In this document: piece after piece, positions 38,824 through 52,174 of the stretch | Layout of the letters: each line of letters starts with the position of its first letter | Position numbering within the stretch: position 1 is the stretch's first letter | Assembly (NCBI RefSeq): GCF_036321535.1 | Contig: NC_087436.1 | Coordinates: 10,044,001-10,108,000 of the forward strand | DNA length: 64,000 bases | Direction of reading: 5' to 3' | DNA from: Camelus dromedarius | Taxonomy: Eukaryota | Translations under genes and position numbers: made by a program | Notes under the pieces: model-generated | What the model was told of the DNA's origin: nothing | What the model saw: the letters and a program-made list of their open reading frames with translations, nothing else | Databases searched by the model: none

Positions 38824-39410
38824 TATTTTGCTTCTAGGTCTAAATTTATCCAGGAAAAAAAAGGAGGAGTATGTTGGGTATGAATTTTCAGCAAACAAAA
38901 GTGTAAACAGTGACATGACTTGATCCACTATCTGATGCATATAATTGTAACACCATTCACTGAAGACACATTGCCAATGCTGTGGCAAAGGGGTTAAAAA
39001 TCAGAACACACATTTTGTAAAAATGAACATGAAAACTAAAGAAAATTATTCCTGATATGAATCATATTTCTGAAGTACAGACTTGGTCCCATGAAAATCT
39101 TGTTCCTTTTCATTACCATGGTGACCTAAGAGAACATGAAATTGCCATGGATTAATGGTTTCACTTAGGGGTCAATTTTCAGACTAACAGATGTTTTCCT
39201 TTTGGTCCCTACTCTTGTGAACATTTGCCAATGGTCTTACATCAAGTTTTACGATATACTGTCTCTTTCTTTCTTTTTTTTTTTTTTTTAATCAGATGGT
39301 GACATGTCCAAGAAACTGAAGCAGAGAAAATTGTATGACTGACAAACCTTCCAAAAGTAACAAGTAAATACAGAAACCATTTTAAGTGCATTTGCCTTGA
39401 CCATGAAAAA

Positions 39411-39840
39411 TGTGGCAGAGGCTGCTAAAGGTTCATTCAAATCCATTGTCCTCTTTGTTCTTGGCATAGACCAAGAACCACTTCCGTGCAGTCAGGTTTG
39501 GCTGTGTGAACTGGGTTCTACCCAACGGAACATGATGGGAGGTCACACATGCCACATTCAGAATGACTCAGAAAGACTCCTATGTAGGTTGGGCCATGTC
39601 CCTTTCCCCTCTGACTCACTAGGATGACAATGCCCTGTGTGACCTTAGATGCCACATATCAAAGGTGGCAGAGAAGCTGTCAGCCAGTCAGTGAATAATC
39701 ACATAAAGGAAAGGACTCTGCTGACCTTGGTCCCTGCCTATACTGTCACAGAGAAAAGTAATCATCTTCTTGTTCTTTAAACCACTGAAACTTTAGGGGT
39801 CTGTTTGTCATTGCAACTTAGCCTACCCAACTAATTCTGA
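39411..39840 (+). mobile_element. Old MaLR LTR (MLT1I/J-like)
   Basis: tgtggcagaggctgcta...tttaaaccactgaaactttaggggtctgtttgt..tgca. Confidence 0.7.
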
Positions 39841-40289
39841 CCTCAGACTCGGTGTGAGATAAATGTATGTGTGTGTCATAATCATAAACTGAGAAAAAAT
39901 CTAATTATTAGGAACTTACATTATAAGAGCCAAAGAAAGGGAGATAATGCATTTCCACAAATTACTTGTCCTTGAATAAAAATTAGAAATAACAAGAAGT
40001 GTGTTTTATACTTGCATCTTTTGCTTTGCATAAACTAACCTAACAAAGGTCTAAACCAAAGGCTTTAGGAATTTAATAGCAAATTCTCTAAACTGTATCC
40101 ATACATCTTCAAAAAATTTCGAGGTTTTGTCATTATTTGGAGTTCTCTATTTTCTTACTAATGAGGATTCATTGAAATGTGGCAACTGGCCAATGTTGGA
40201 TTACCATAGCTGCATCTCACAAAGCTCAGATAACACCATTCTGATAGATTGTCGATTCCAAATGAGCAAGTCTGCCATTAGGTAAAAAC

Positions 40290-40530
40290 GATAATGATGC
40301 TAACGTTAAGAGCAACTGAAATGGCACCCATGACTTATTACAATGGAAATTGAATATAATCTTCACACCAGATTTGAGGTTGCTATTATTATCCCATGTT
40401 ACCAATGAAAAGCTGAGGCTAGAAGAGAGGTAAATAACTTGCCCAAAACTCTGAAAAACTCAAGTGGCTGGAATCAGGATCTGGACCCAGGTCTTGACTC
40501 AGATGTTCATGCTTTTGGCTCATGACTGGA
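40290..40530 (-). mobile_element. MIR
   Basis: attattatcccatgttaccaatgaaaagctgaggct...taacttgcccaa. Confidence 0.75.
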
Positions 40531-40717
40531 CCATCTCATAGGGCAGAGTACTAAGCTCAATCATTTTCCAATTTTCCTTGGGTATTACGGTTTTACAGAC
40601 ATTTTCTTGTACTAGCAAGATACTGAGACACCTCTATATTGTAAGTCAGAACTGGATCCTGAAATCCTTAGCTTCAGAGAACAGTTCTTCTGAATTAAGC
40701 ATTGAATCACATACTTT

Positions 40718-41252
40718 TTTTCATATATATATGTATATATTTTATTGGAGGATAGTCAGCTTACAATGTTGTGTCAATTTCTGGTGTACAGCACAATGCT
40801 TCAGTCATACATGAACATACATATATTCGTTTTCATATTCTTTTTCACCATAAGTTACTACAAGATATTGAATATAGTTCCCTGTGCTATACAGTGTAAA
40901 CTTGTCATTTATCTATTTTACACATATTAGTGAGTATCTGCAAATCTTTAACTCCCAATTTATCCATTCCCAACCCCCTCCCTGGTAACTATAAGTTTGT
41001 TTTCTATGTCTGTGAGTCTGTTTCTCTTTTATAAATAAGTTCGTTTGTCTTTTTTTTTCTTTTAGATTCCACATATAAGTGATAACATATGGTACTTTTC
41101 TTTCTCTTTCTGGCTTACCTCACTTAGAATGACAATCTCCAGGTTCATCCATGTTGCTGTAAATGGCATTATTTTATTCTTTTTTGTGGCTCAGTAGTAT
41201 TCCATTGTATAAATATACCACAGCTTCTTTATCCAGTCATCTGTGGATGGAT
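40718..41252 (-). mobile_element. Young L1 3' end
   Basis: Perfect 17-bp TSD attgaatcacatacttt (40701-40717, 41253-41269). Confidence 0.95.
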
Positions 41253-42544
41253 ATTGAATCACATACTTTAAAAGTGATGGAAAAACTGCCTACAGAATTA
41301 AAATAATTATATCTTTCAAAATGTTAGAATTGTAAAGTAGCATCTTTGTTTCATCTAAATCCACAGCAGAAATCACATCTGATATCACACCCACTTTTGT
41401 TTGTACAAAAACAGTCTGAAACTTAACCTTCAACCTCTACTTTTATAACGCAATTTCAAGTATTTACACAACAACTCTTCCTGGACTTCATATTGAAACC
41501 TTTAACTCAACAGCTCTTTAAACACACAATTCCCATCAGAACTTGACTGCCCATCCTACATTCCTATTTATGTCTCCAATGAAGGAATGCATTTCTCACT
41601 GCTCTGTGTCTCCACGTTACTTAGTTTGTACTCTATGCATACCACTTATCAAATTCATGAATTGTAATAATTTTTATACAGAATCTACCTGCCCTAATTG
41701 CTTGTCATATATGCGATTTTATGGATAGATCTTTTGTTTAGAAGAAATTGCCTTCAGAGTTCGGTGATTTCCAAGTTCAGAGTTCAGTTCAGTGCTTTAT
41801 TTATTTGTGCACAAATTTAATTTAAGAGATGGTGTCCTTTGAACTCGGTGGGGACCATAACTTCACAGTCATCTTTATGCTTCCAAAAAGATCTATTGTA
41901 GTGCCCCAATTTTGAGTGGATCACAGCAAATATCTGTGAGTAATAAATCACACATGAATACATTAATATAGAACTTTAGTACTAATGGATAAGATAAATT
42001 CTGAAACATGAAAAGTCAATTATCTGAGACTTACGCACCCATGAGTCAATGCCCAGCAGGCAAGGAGTAAGTGAAATCCAACATTACGTTAAATTTCTAC
42101 TTATGTTATCAAGGTGATGAGTAAACAACTACCAAAAATACAGCTGCTGTACAGAAAGCTGCACCTTGGAAATCACAGCAGTCTACAAACACAATATTTT
42201 GTAATGACAACAGTCTGGAGAAATTAATAAGGAATAGTGAAAATGAGAATGATTGAATAAATATTTGCCGATGTTTCTCCAGAAGTACACAGATGACAGA
42301 CACGCTGACTTATCTGACAGATATTGAGCATTCGAGTCATTTTTAGAAAAATATTCTTGTAGGAGCAGCAAGGCCAATTCTCCAGGCTTGATCAGGTAAG
42401 ATTACTCACATCCTTTTGCTCAACCTTCTCATCATATTTCCTTTTGTTTGTCAGGTACGTTAATGCTGAGAATTAGGTATTACCACTGGTGGATTTGAAT
42501 ATTAGGATCACTGGAAGCAGTTATCACCTTTTACTGCAATAAAT

Positions 42545-42724
42545 TTACTAGTATGAAAAAAGGGATGTGTGTGGAATCAGAATTTATGTGAAATCCCGAT
42601 TTTTATCACTAGAAAACTATATCGTCTTAAGCAAATCACTTAATCTCTCTGGTCTCCACTTTTCCCATCCACAAATGAAAGACATGGGACTAATAGCATC
42701 CATTATTGGTTTAAATCTGTGATT
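42545..42724 (+). mobile_element. MIR
   Basis: cttaagcaaatcacttaatctctctggtctc..ttttcccatc. Confidence 0.7.
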
Positions 42725-42737
42725 AGAAAAGACTGTG

Positions 42738-42858
42738 CCGGAAGGAGGGTGTAGCTCAGTGGTAAAGTGTGTGCTTAGCATGCATGAGGTCCTGGGTTCA
42801 ATCCCCAGTACCTCCATAAAGAAAGAAATAAATAAGTAAATAAATAACCTAAAAAGAA
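42738..42858 (+). mobile_element. tRNA-Ala-derived SINE (vic-1-like)
   Basis: TSD agaaaagactgtg (42725-42737, 42859-42871); tRNA-Ala(AGC)-like head; A-rich tail. Confidence 0.95.
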
Positions 42859-45594
42859 AGAAAAGACTGTGTTATTAAATAGTACTATTGCCCCCACCAG
42901 TCACGATCTGTCTGGCAAATCACGTCTTTATTTTAATGAGGACATTTCAAGAGAAAACAAATTTTCTTAAGAGGAATTTGTCCTTAAAAGATTTAAACTC
43001 TTTTCCCTTTGTCTCTTGTTTATATGGACTTAATTTGATGCTTATAATCAGGGGACATATTTCCTTAAGGTTTTATTCAAAATGTGAATCTTTCCTGGGG
43101 TTATTAGACTGACACTGCCTCTAAGAACACAGCAAATGTCCATCTGATTTTAAACACAAATGGCATTTATCAGGAGCTGTGACAGCTGCCAAGGTTATGG
43201 TCCTGTCTTTTTCCCATGTATTTCTCTTGAAAACGAATCAGAAGATCTCATCCACTTTGAATGGAGTCAAGAAATCTGGTGGATCTGACTTGGGGTAACG
43301 CCCAGCTCTGGTCTAGTATTTCCTGTGACTGTAGGGTATTCCAGAGTCAGTGTTAGGAGTTTTGATTCTATCATACTTTGAAATAAATCTGAATTTGCAG
43401 GGATTCTTAAATTAAGAACCAGATGAAACTGAATTACGTGGGATGGATTTCCCGATTTTTCAGACCCCTTCTCAACTAACGTTGATTGTTCTAGAGCTCA
43501 TCCCTGAATAGCTGTTTTCACTGGGCTATTCCGTCAATTATCAGGGTGAAATAAGGAACAGAAGGAAGCAGCGAGCTTAAACACAAGTAAAGGGAAGCCC
43601 AGGGCAATTATAAACCACCTAAAAAGTCCTCGAAGGGGGAGACCTTCTTTTGGAAGAGAAAAGGCAATTTGACTATATTCATAACTATTATAACTGGCAA
43701 GCAGATTCCTCTCTATTTCCATCTGGTTTTGGCTAAGACTAACATTATCTTTCATGCTCATTTACCCCCAAATATAATAATATCATTCTGAAGCCAGCAG
43801 ATTTTAGGCCCTATGTTATGATCCCAAAACTTCTCAACACAACTGAAACCCAAAAGTCTGTGAGTTACATGTCGCTGGGTTCTCATGAAGCCATGTAGAT
43901 GAAAATGGCAAATGTGAATAACTTAAGGAAGCCATCCGTCAAAGAAGATTAAGAACTGGTGCCATTAAATTATTCCTTTATCCGTGAAGGCTCTTTTAGG
44001 GGACATTTAAATTATAATTTCCCTCAGTGAGTCATAGGGCGTGTTGGCATGAAAATGTCTGTGCTTCAATATCCATTCATCACAGTTTAAAAGATATTTT
44101 ATGAATATAGATTGTGTAACTACCCTGGGTATACATGACTTAAATCAATAACAGTAAATGCTGTTGAAGAATATTTCATTGAAATTAACATAAAATCACT
44201 AATCCTCTTCCTTCAGTCATAAAATTATACACTTTCAGGACTCTGCTTCTCACTCCACCATAAAGGGACAAAATATAAAGACACATATGATGTTTCCATG
44301 AGAGTCAGACCACGTTCCAGGTCACGGACAAGACAGACATACTCAAAACTCCACTCTTTGTTACTCTTTTCTTTAGCGTGGCCCTCAGCTCTGGTGAAAG
44401 AGTGAATAGGACCTACGTGAGGGAGGATCTCCCCAGGTCAGTCTGGTCTCTGTGCTTTCAGTCTACAAAATTCAACTTTAAGAGTTCACTCCAAAATTCT
44501 GAATCATATTCCTGTGGTCAGATCCTCTGACTACAACACGACTTGTAAGCTGAATTCCAATTTATTTCAAATGGAGGGGAAGCTAATATTATCCTGACCA
44601 AGTAATTGGAGCCAATTATCTGAAGAAGCCAGTCCTTTCTTGATGATTTTGGAAAGTAAATTTTATAGAAAAATGACATTTATTGAGCTTGTTATTATGA
44701 CCCACAGATGTTCCAAAGGCACATCTGCCAAGCTTTGGTTCTCTTGTAAATTGATTGCCTGTATTTTAGAGATTTTCTGTATTTGCGTCATACCTGAGCA
44801 ACCAGGGCCAATCGTCTAGGATCAGAGCAGCTTTCCCTAGTCACACACCAGTCTCCCCCCTGTACGCTGCCTCTTTGATCTTCCTGTCAGTCCGTAACAT
44901 TTCTCTCACCATGACACTCTCTCAAGAGCAGGTTAGAGTTTCTAAGATTATACTTTATCTTCTGTTTCCAGGATCTGTGTCTTCCTGGCTTGTTGATTTA
45001 ATCAATGAACTATCTGACAAGCATAATTCCAGGATGAATTATTTCCGAGAAGTTTCCAAAAAATAATTAAATCTATGTGTAATTTGTTGGCTCTGGTCCT
45101 TTTTATGGAGAGTACATATTTTCTTGACTTTGATGCATTTACTTCAACTTCCATCTGCGTTTTTAACTAACACTTTTGACGTTACAAAATACAAAATAAG
45201 CTAGATTCATAAATATGAACATGTGGTATGAAATAACCATTCTATTACCCAATATTTTAGAAATGTTGGTATTAGCATTTGATACAAGAAAAAGACAAGC
45301 GTTTTTTTCTGTTGCATTAGATAAAAGAATTATTTTAAGAATAAATCATTTTGGCAAGTTAGTATTATTTCAATGAAGGATGGACATGATTTTCTTTCAC
45401 AGTGCCTGTATTACATTCTTTCCTATCTAGATCATTTTCCGTCCAATTTTAAAACATCATCAGAAAAGTTTAATAGAACTAATGCAGAAAGTACAGCAAA
45501 AGAAGCAAAATATTTAACATCAACTACTGACTTCCTCTACATTGTATCAGGAAAAATGTACCTATGATGATGTTACATTGTATAATCAAGTTTT

Positions 45595-45805
45595 GATTTT
45601 TATTTATTTTAATTTTATTTTTGTTGAAGTATAGTTAGTTACAGTGTGTCAATTTCTAGTGTACAGCATCATGTTTCAGTCATATGTGTATATACATATA
45701 TTTGTTTTCATATTCTGATTCTTTTTACATTATTAAAATATATAGTTCCCTATGCTATACAGAAGAAATTTGTTTCTTTACTCTATTTTAGATACAGTAG
45801 TTAGT
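45595..45805 (-). mobile_element. L1 3' end
   Basis: gttgaagtatagtt...tagttccctatgctatacag; degenerate TSD attgtataatcaagtttt / attatataatatagtttt. Confidence 0.85.
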
Positions 45806-45849
45806 ATTATATAATATAGTTTTTAAATTGCATAACATAAAGATAAAGA

Positions 45850-46110
45850 AAGTGTGGCATGAGGAAATATCAGAGACTTTGAAATCACACCCCGGTGCTA
45901 ACTTCTGTCAATACTGAGGTAGTCTTTGACAAATCCTTGATATCTTTGATACTTGGCTTCTATAAAAGTAGTGACTATCTTGATAAGTTGTTTCTGGACT
46001 GAAGATGATGTATATAGAATGATGAAGTAATTGCAATTTCTTTGGGATTTTATGAGATTAAATTATAATAATGTCTAGCATATTATGGGCACTTAATGGG
46101 AAGCATCACT
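45850..46110 (+). mobile_element. MIR (degraded)
   Basis: agactttgaaatcac...tctttgacaaatc...gtctagcatattatgggcacttaat. Confidence 0.5.
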
Positions 46111-46809
46111 CATTATTGTTGAGAGAAACTCACCTGAAAGCCTGTAGGCAGGTAGACTCTTCTTGTAGGCCAATGGTCAACAAGAAAGACCATGGTTTTG
46201 GAAAGCTAGCTGAAAGCTAACAAACTACTACATAAAATGTTTTTGAATGAAGACAAATGAAAGCGAACATTCTGAAATAATATTAGCATATGCTCATGTC
46301 ATGTTTCAAACTTTTCAAGTAATTTGCAGATCAACAGTAAAAAGGAATTTAATCAGTAGGAATTAAGCTTTCATTTCATGTCCGGCATCATATAATGATG
46401 GAGTATTGTAAGAAGACACATGTGGTATAAATCTTGCCATTAGATTACTTGCAGAAGCACCGGGAGATAATGCAGACTTTTAAAATTTAATTTTCTAATG
46501 TTTTCAATGTTTAATGGAAACATTTTAAACTCTAAGGGGAAAATACAATAAGAACCAAATTGATGATAAAGGTATAGATGTAAAAGGAATTCAGGAAAAA
46601 AAGACACCACAGTGCTGTCAGAGAAAGAGACCAGGAGAGGGGCTGTGAAGACAGGTGAGATACGGAGATGTAGGGGTGGACAAATCAGAGGGGGGGAAAC
46701 TCTGGGTAAACCCACTGTGGCAGGAAGGAGTGATGTAGGTGTAGGGAATGTGAGAAGATCAAATGTAGGAGTGAGGGGATGAGTGGATTCAATCAGGGTC
46801 AGAATTAAC

Positions 46810-47030
46810 AGTTGTGGTGGAACCAGAGCATCAGTGCTAAAACGACATGTCTGGTTTAGACCTGATAAGCAGTTAACAACAACTATTTGGAATCAGACCT
46901 GAGTTCCGATACTTGGTCTGACATTTCTGGGCTGTGTGACTTCTGGAAGGCAGACAGATCTCTCTGACCTTCTGTTTCTTCATCTGTCATGTGTGAAAAA
47001 AGAATTCCTAGGTCAGAGGACTGTTGGACA
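46810..47030 (+). mobile_element. MIR
   Basis: ggaatcagacctgagttc...gctgtgtgactt...ctgtttcttcatctgt. Confidence 0.7.
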
Positions 47031-47419
47031 CACAGCGCCAGTATAAATCCCAGAAGATTATGGTTCACAAAAAAATTTCTTAAAAGAGAGCCAAGACTAA
47101 CAAGTTGAAAAGATAAGCCTCATTTCACAAAGCAGACTTGACAATCAAGAAAGCCAATGACTTGGAAAAATTCTTAAAGCTGAGTAATTGTCCCTGGTTC
47201 TCTTGACTCTTCAGCTCTGTGTTCCTTCAATTAAATCACATTTATTTTCCAATTATGCAAAATCCCAAATACAGATAGAGCAATTTAGAAATCACTGAGC
47301 TAATAGGAAAGTATATTAAAAATAGTTAAAACTTCTATTATCTATTATTTTACATATGATTCTATTATACAGTGTTAATAACAAATATAAAGAATCACAA
47401 ACCAAAATAAGGATTTGAG

Positions 47420-48075
47420 CATATAAAGGGTAAATTAGATAACAGTATTATATCAATGTTAAATTTATTGAAGTTGGAAAAAGTTATGTATGGTTATGTA
47501 AAAAAAAAAAAAAAAAACTTTATTCTTAGGAAATCACTCCAGAATATGCAGAAGTAACAGAAGGCCACTGTATGGCACAGGGAACTGTATTCAGCATCTT
47601 GTAATAACCTATAATGGAAAGAAATCTCAAAAAGAATATATATACACATGTACATATAATTAAATCACTTTGCTGTACACCTGAAACTAACACAACATTT
47701 AAATCAACTATACCAAAAAAAAAAAAAAAAAAAAGGAAGGCAATGGTATCTGCAACTTACTCTTTTTTGGAAGGGGTAAGATAATAGGTTTATTTATTTA
47801 TTTAGTGGAGGTATTGGGGATTGAACCCAGGACCTTGTGCATGCCAAGCACACGCTCTACCACTGAGCTACACCCTCCTCTCTCTGCAGCTTACTCTTCA
47901 AAAGATTCTGAGAAAAGAATAAATATATATATATGTTAATTTTCTACCTCTATGCAAATAAATATATACATAAGTGTAAGTATATATCAGTATATGGGTA
48001 TTCTTTGTATTATCCTTGCAACTTTTATGGAATTTAAAACAACTTCCAAATAAAAAAGTTTAAGGAAAAAAAAAA
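47420..48075 (+). mobile_element. Old L1M 3' end with nested young L1 tail (about 47570-47734) and a SINE
   Basis: agtattatatcaatgttaaattt...ttattcttaggaaat...tgcaacttactct...ttccaaataaaaaagtt. Confidence 0.75.
47765..47882 (-). mobile_element. tRNA-Ala-derived SINE (vic-1-like)
   Basis: TSD tctgcaacttactctt / tctgcagcttactctt; ggggattgaacccaggacc...ctctaccactgagcta. Confidence 0.93.
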
Positions 48076-48669
48076 AAGTGGAGGAATGATAAACACAAGA
48101 TCCAGCCAATGAGAGAGAGGTAGAGGGGTGGGTAGGGGAGGAGCGAGCCGGGAGAGCTGTGAGGGCTAAGTGGTCTCTTCCTGTAATCCCCAGGCTTTGT
48201 AACTACGTATATGTTACAGACACCCTTCTTTGTGTAAAATAGTACATTAGAAAAGAGACTAAAGGAGAAATAATGTTCTATAAGAAGGACTTGAGCAAGA
48301 AAAATTACAAATAATTCTGCCTATAATCTGGTCCAAATGATGTAATGACATATAATCACTCTACTTAGAAAAGGTTAGACAATTTCTGTGAGATAATTGA
48401 AAATCTGAGAGAGAACTTTGAAGCCACCTGAGCTGTAAATAAACTTTCAAGGTCAAGAGTTGTATTTATGACATCAGAAGTCTGGCAAAGTCTAAGGGAA
48501 GTGAGGACTTCGCTTGTTTCACAATGACAAATTCCAAGACCTTGAAACATATGCTTTCACTATGCTGAGATTTGTACTGTTCCCAGAAAAAAATATATAT
48601 ATATCTTTTAGGAGTTAAAGGCTTTCATGTTCCTGTGGTTCTCAAATTTAAAAAACCAAAATACGGATT

Positions 48670-49060
48670 CACCAGCATTTATGGAATGATTATTTTATGA
48701 CAAGAAATGTACTAGAAGATATGGGAAATAAATACAAAACCAGCATGATTTCCACCTTAAGCTACTTCCATCATAAACTGAAATAACTGTGTTATGAGGG
48801 AAAACGTGAGATGTCATAAGAGAATAAAGCTTCATGAAGGACTTCTTAGGAGGAAAAAGTATCTTAGAGTCCTAGAAAAAGTCAGCAGGTCAAGAAAGGA
48901 TGATGAAGAAAGATGCTAATGAGTAGAGATTGAAGGTTAGGATAGGGTAGAGGTGAATTTTCCTGGAGGAACCATAGCAAGAAACTCGTACTAAGCAGCA
49001 GGGTCAACGTGAGAAAGGTGAAGTTACACAGAGCATTGATGAATGTCCAGCTGATGGAGG
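48670..49060 (-). mobile_element. LINE-2 3' region
   Basis: attcaccagcatttatggaatg...gaaggacttcttaggagga. Confidence 0.55.
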
Positions 49061-50840
49061 CACACCCGGGCATCACGGAGACCAGGCTGGAAAGGGGACA
49101 CGGAGCTGGGTTTGCCAAGCATTGCTGGTGGCCAAGTGAAGAGTATTTCCCAAACGTGGTCAGCACGTACTCCAGCAGGACAGGCAGACGTCTCAAGGGT
49201 GAGATGGTAAATGCTCTCCTGCCTGGCCTGAATGGCCCCTGCTCTTCAGTGAAGAGACAGATGCCAAGCAGAGGTCCTCCCATGGCGGGGCCACCCACGT
49301 CCACAGCCCCATCGCCTTCAAGTGTGGTTCTCAGTGGGGCCTTTCTGAACTTCCTCATTTCTAGTTTGTTGCCCTGGACTCGGAATCAGAGATTTGTATC
49401 ATACCTCAGAAGTTGTTTGTCAGTCTGGTCCTAATTATTTTGTATAAGGCAGACATTATTTAAGATGTCCGTATGAAATTGTATTTGTTCCTTAATTTCA
49501 GTGTAGAAAAAGTTTCTTCTCTAGATGTCTGTCTTTCCTTTCCTTTCTTTTTTGGTTTTCTTTTACTTTGTTTAGTCTTTGTTTTATTTTATTTACTTTC
49601 CTGAAAGATTTTTATTTCCATTTAAAGTTCAGGCAAGGGAGTTGAACAGAAGTGCCTGCACGACTTTGCCATCTTACCTGAACGTCACGTATCTTCTTTG
49701 ATTAAACACCAAAGGAGACTGAGAAACATTCTTAGTAAGTTTCAAGCTAAAGTTTAATTTTATCAGCTCCAGAGCCTAGAAGAGAATTTCCTTCTCAGTG
49801 TGCTGCTGGGTATGGAATTCCCAGAGTTTCTAAATTAAATTATATCAAACTTTCCTTTCTCCTTCTGCATAAGGTGAAGGGTTTTTAATAGATTTCCTGG
49901 TTGGTCCAGGCAGGAATGATCCCAGGACTTACAAACGTCAGTCCATCAGCCTTAAGTTACCTGGGTCCTACCCTCACAATTTAGAATACCCTAAATTCCA
50001 TCCAAAATACAGGACTTAACAGAATGTCTCACTTCTCACTTTAAGGTAGCACACTCTCCTAGGAAAAAAAAAAAAAGTGCTATTTCACTAGACCAGGTAG
50101 CAATTTATAAGGTTTTTGTGATTTTTTTCCCCAGTACAAAGACCTTTTGTTAGCAACCTCAGCAAATTTGTGAAGAAAAAACACTGATGGATCTGGATTG
50201 CTAAGTGAATTTCTTGCTGGAGCAGACCCCAGGCACCATTACCAAAACTGTGCCAAGATGTATGAGGAATCACAAAATGGTAAGACGGACCATACAGCTG
50301 ATCATCTGGTTAATCTTCTGTACTGTGTAGCTGAAATTAGAGAAATTGACTAACCTGGCCAAAGCTGACCTGAGCTTAATTAGAGACAAGACTGAGAGTC
50401 AGTCTTCCTATGTCTCTTTACTTCATCATTTACAGCTCCTGAGAGTAAAAGAATGTCCTCGCCATTTGAACCTCATGCTCCCTGGTGAATTCTTAAAAAA
50501 GACTAAACACCAATTTTTCAAAGGCAAACATTTAAAAATGTTGAAAGTAGCCCGTCAAACGTGTAAACAATGTGAAACCAGTAACAATGGTTGTTGCCTA
50601 GTCTAGGGGAGGGGACTTATTGGCCCAGGTAGGAAGGAACAAAGGGGGAATTGAAGTGTGCTATATACTCATCTCACGTCCTTTAAGTTTTGTTCTACAT
50701 GAGAAAATTATTTTTTCTTAAGTGGTTTTTCACTAAGATAGACACACTAAAACTCTGATAGAGAAACTTGAATTTGTAAGGATTAAGGAGTTGCACACGG
50801 CTGCTGTGTTAACAGGATAGACTTATGATAGTTGAATTTA

Positions 50841-50944
50841 TTGATTTTTATTTTTATCTTTTTAATGGAGATGCTGAGGATTGAACCCAGGACCTCATGC
50901 TCGCTAAGCACATGCTGGACTGCTGAGTTATATACCCTCCCACC
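50841..50944 (-). mobile_element. tRNA-Ala-derived SINE inserted in the MLT2 5' end
   Basis: Flanks atgatagttgaattta / atgatagttaaactca. Confidence 0.9.
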
Positions 50945-51430
50945 ATGATAGTTAAACTCATGTGTCAGCCTCACTGGGCACCCAGATATTTGGCTAAATG
51001 TTACTTCTTGGTGCGTCTGTGTTGAGATTAGGATTTCAACTGGTGGACTCAGCAAAGCAGATGCCTTCTCCAGTGTGGGTAGCCATCAGCCAATCCACTG
51101 GGTGGAACAGAGCAAAAGGTGGAGGGAGGGTGAATTCACCTCTTCTGCCTGGCTATGGAGCTGGGACATCGGTTTTCTCTTGCCCCTGGATGAAGACCTA
51201 CACCATTGGCTCCCCTGGTTCCCAGGCTTTGGACCTGGACTGAACCATACCACCCACTCTTCCTGGGTCTCTAGCTGGCAGACAGCGTCTCATGGGATTC
51301 TCAGCCTCCACAATTGTGTAGCTAATTCCTCATATAAAACTTCTTTCTCTTTCTCTCTCTCTCTGCTTCTCTCCCTCTCCATATGTATATTCTATTGGCG
51401 CTGTTCTCCAGGAACGCACTGACTAATACA
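50945..51430 (+). mobile_element. ERVL LTR, MLT2-like
   Basis: atgtgtcagcctcactgggcacccagatatttgg...ctcagcctccacaattgtgt...gactaataca. Confidence 0.9.
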
Positions 51431-52174
51431 GTGTGGTTATCATGTCAGGCACATTGTATACATGATCTCATTCAGTCTCACGGGAACACTGGAAGATTCC
51501 TATGTGTTACAAGGTAGGAGAAGTCAGAGCATTGGTCTGTGATCCTTTCCTTCCCCACCTAATTAACTGGGAACACCTCCAAGAAATGGAAAACAGCAGG
51601 GGACCAGTGAAACCTCCTTGTCAGCGTGTTAACAGAACCTCTGGGTAAACAGACTAATAATGTTTGCCAGGAGGGGATATTTACCTATAGAATGTTTGTA
51701 ACAGGGTATGTCTGGTTAATATAATGTGTAGGAAATAAATCCCAAGTCTATGGTTTTATAGGCTCTGGGAAAAATGTCACATGAACTGGGATGTAAAAGT
51801 GGAGATGTGCTGTGTGAGGCAAACCCACAGTAGCTTGCTCTGAAAGCTCCCGTGTTGCTAGGGGTCAGAGAGGACATGTCTCACGCAGGAAGCAGGAACG
51901 TAAGGAGCCAAGTCCACGCTCCAGAGCTCACTCTGCGCTGCCTTGGATCTGTCTTTGTCCAAACCCCTTCTCCCTTCGGGACCTCTCGGAGAAACTTCCT
52001 AACTCTTTTACGATGGCTGCTTTTTTATGATGATTTGCAAGTAGAAGTTTTGAGAGACCCATCTGCAAATGTGCATTCCCCTAATGGTGTGTGTGAGAGA
52101 GAGAAAGGCAGTAGAAAGAGGTGGGAAAAGGCTGTGAGGAACTGTATACACAGGCACCTAATTAAAGCTGACTG

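Noticed and set aside
42741..42816. tRNA-Ala(AGC) gene
   Set aside because: Has a TSD, an A-rich tail and stem mismatches; it is a SINE copy
48100..48180. CCAAT plus G-rich promoter-like segment
   Set aside because: No CpG island; context resembles an old L1M 3'UTR
48882..49434. Overlapping 158-aa and 141-aa ORFs
   Set aside because: Partly L2-derived, in a GC-richer patch; no recognisable protein or convincing splice structure
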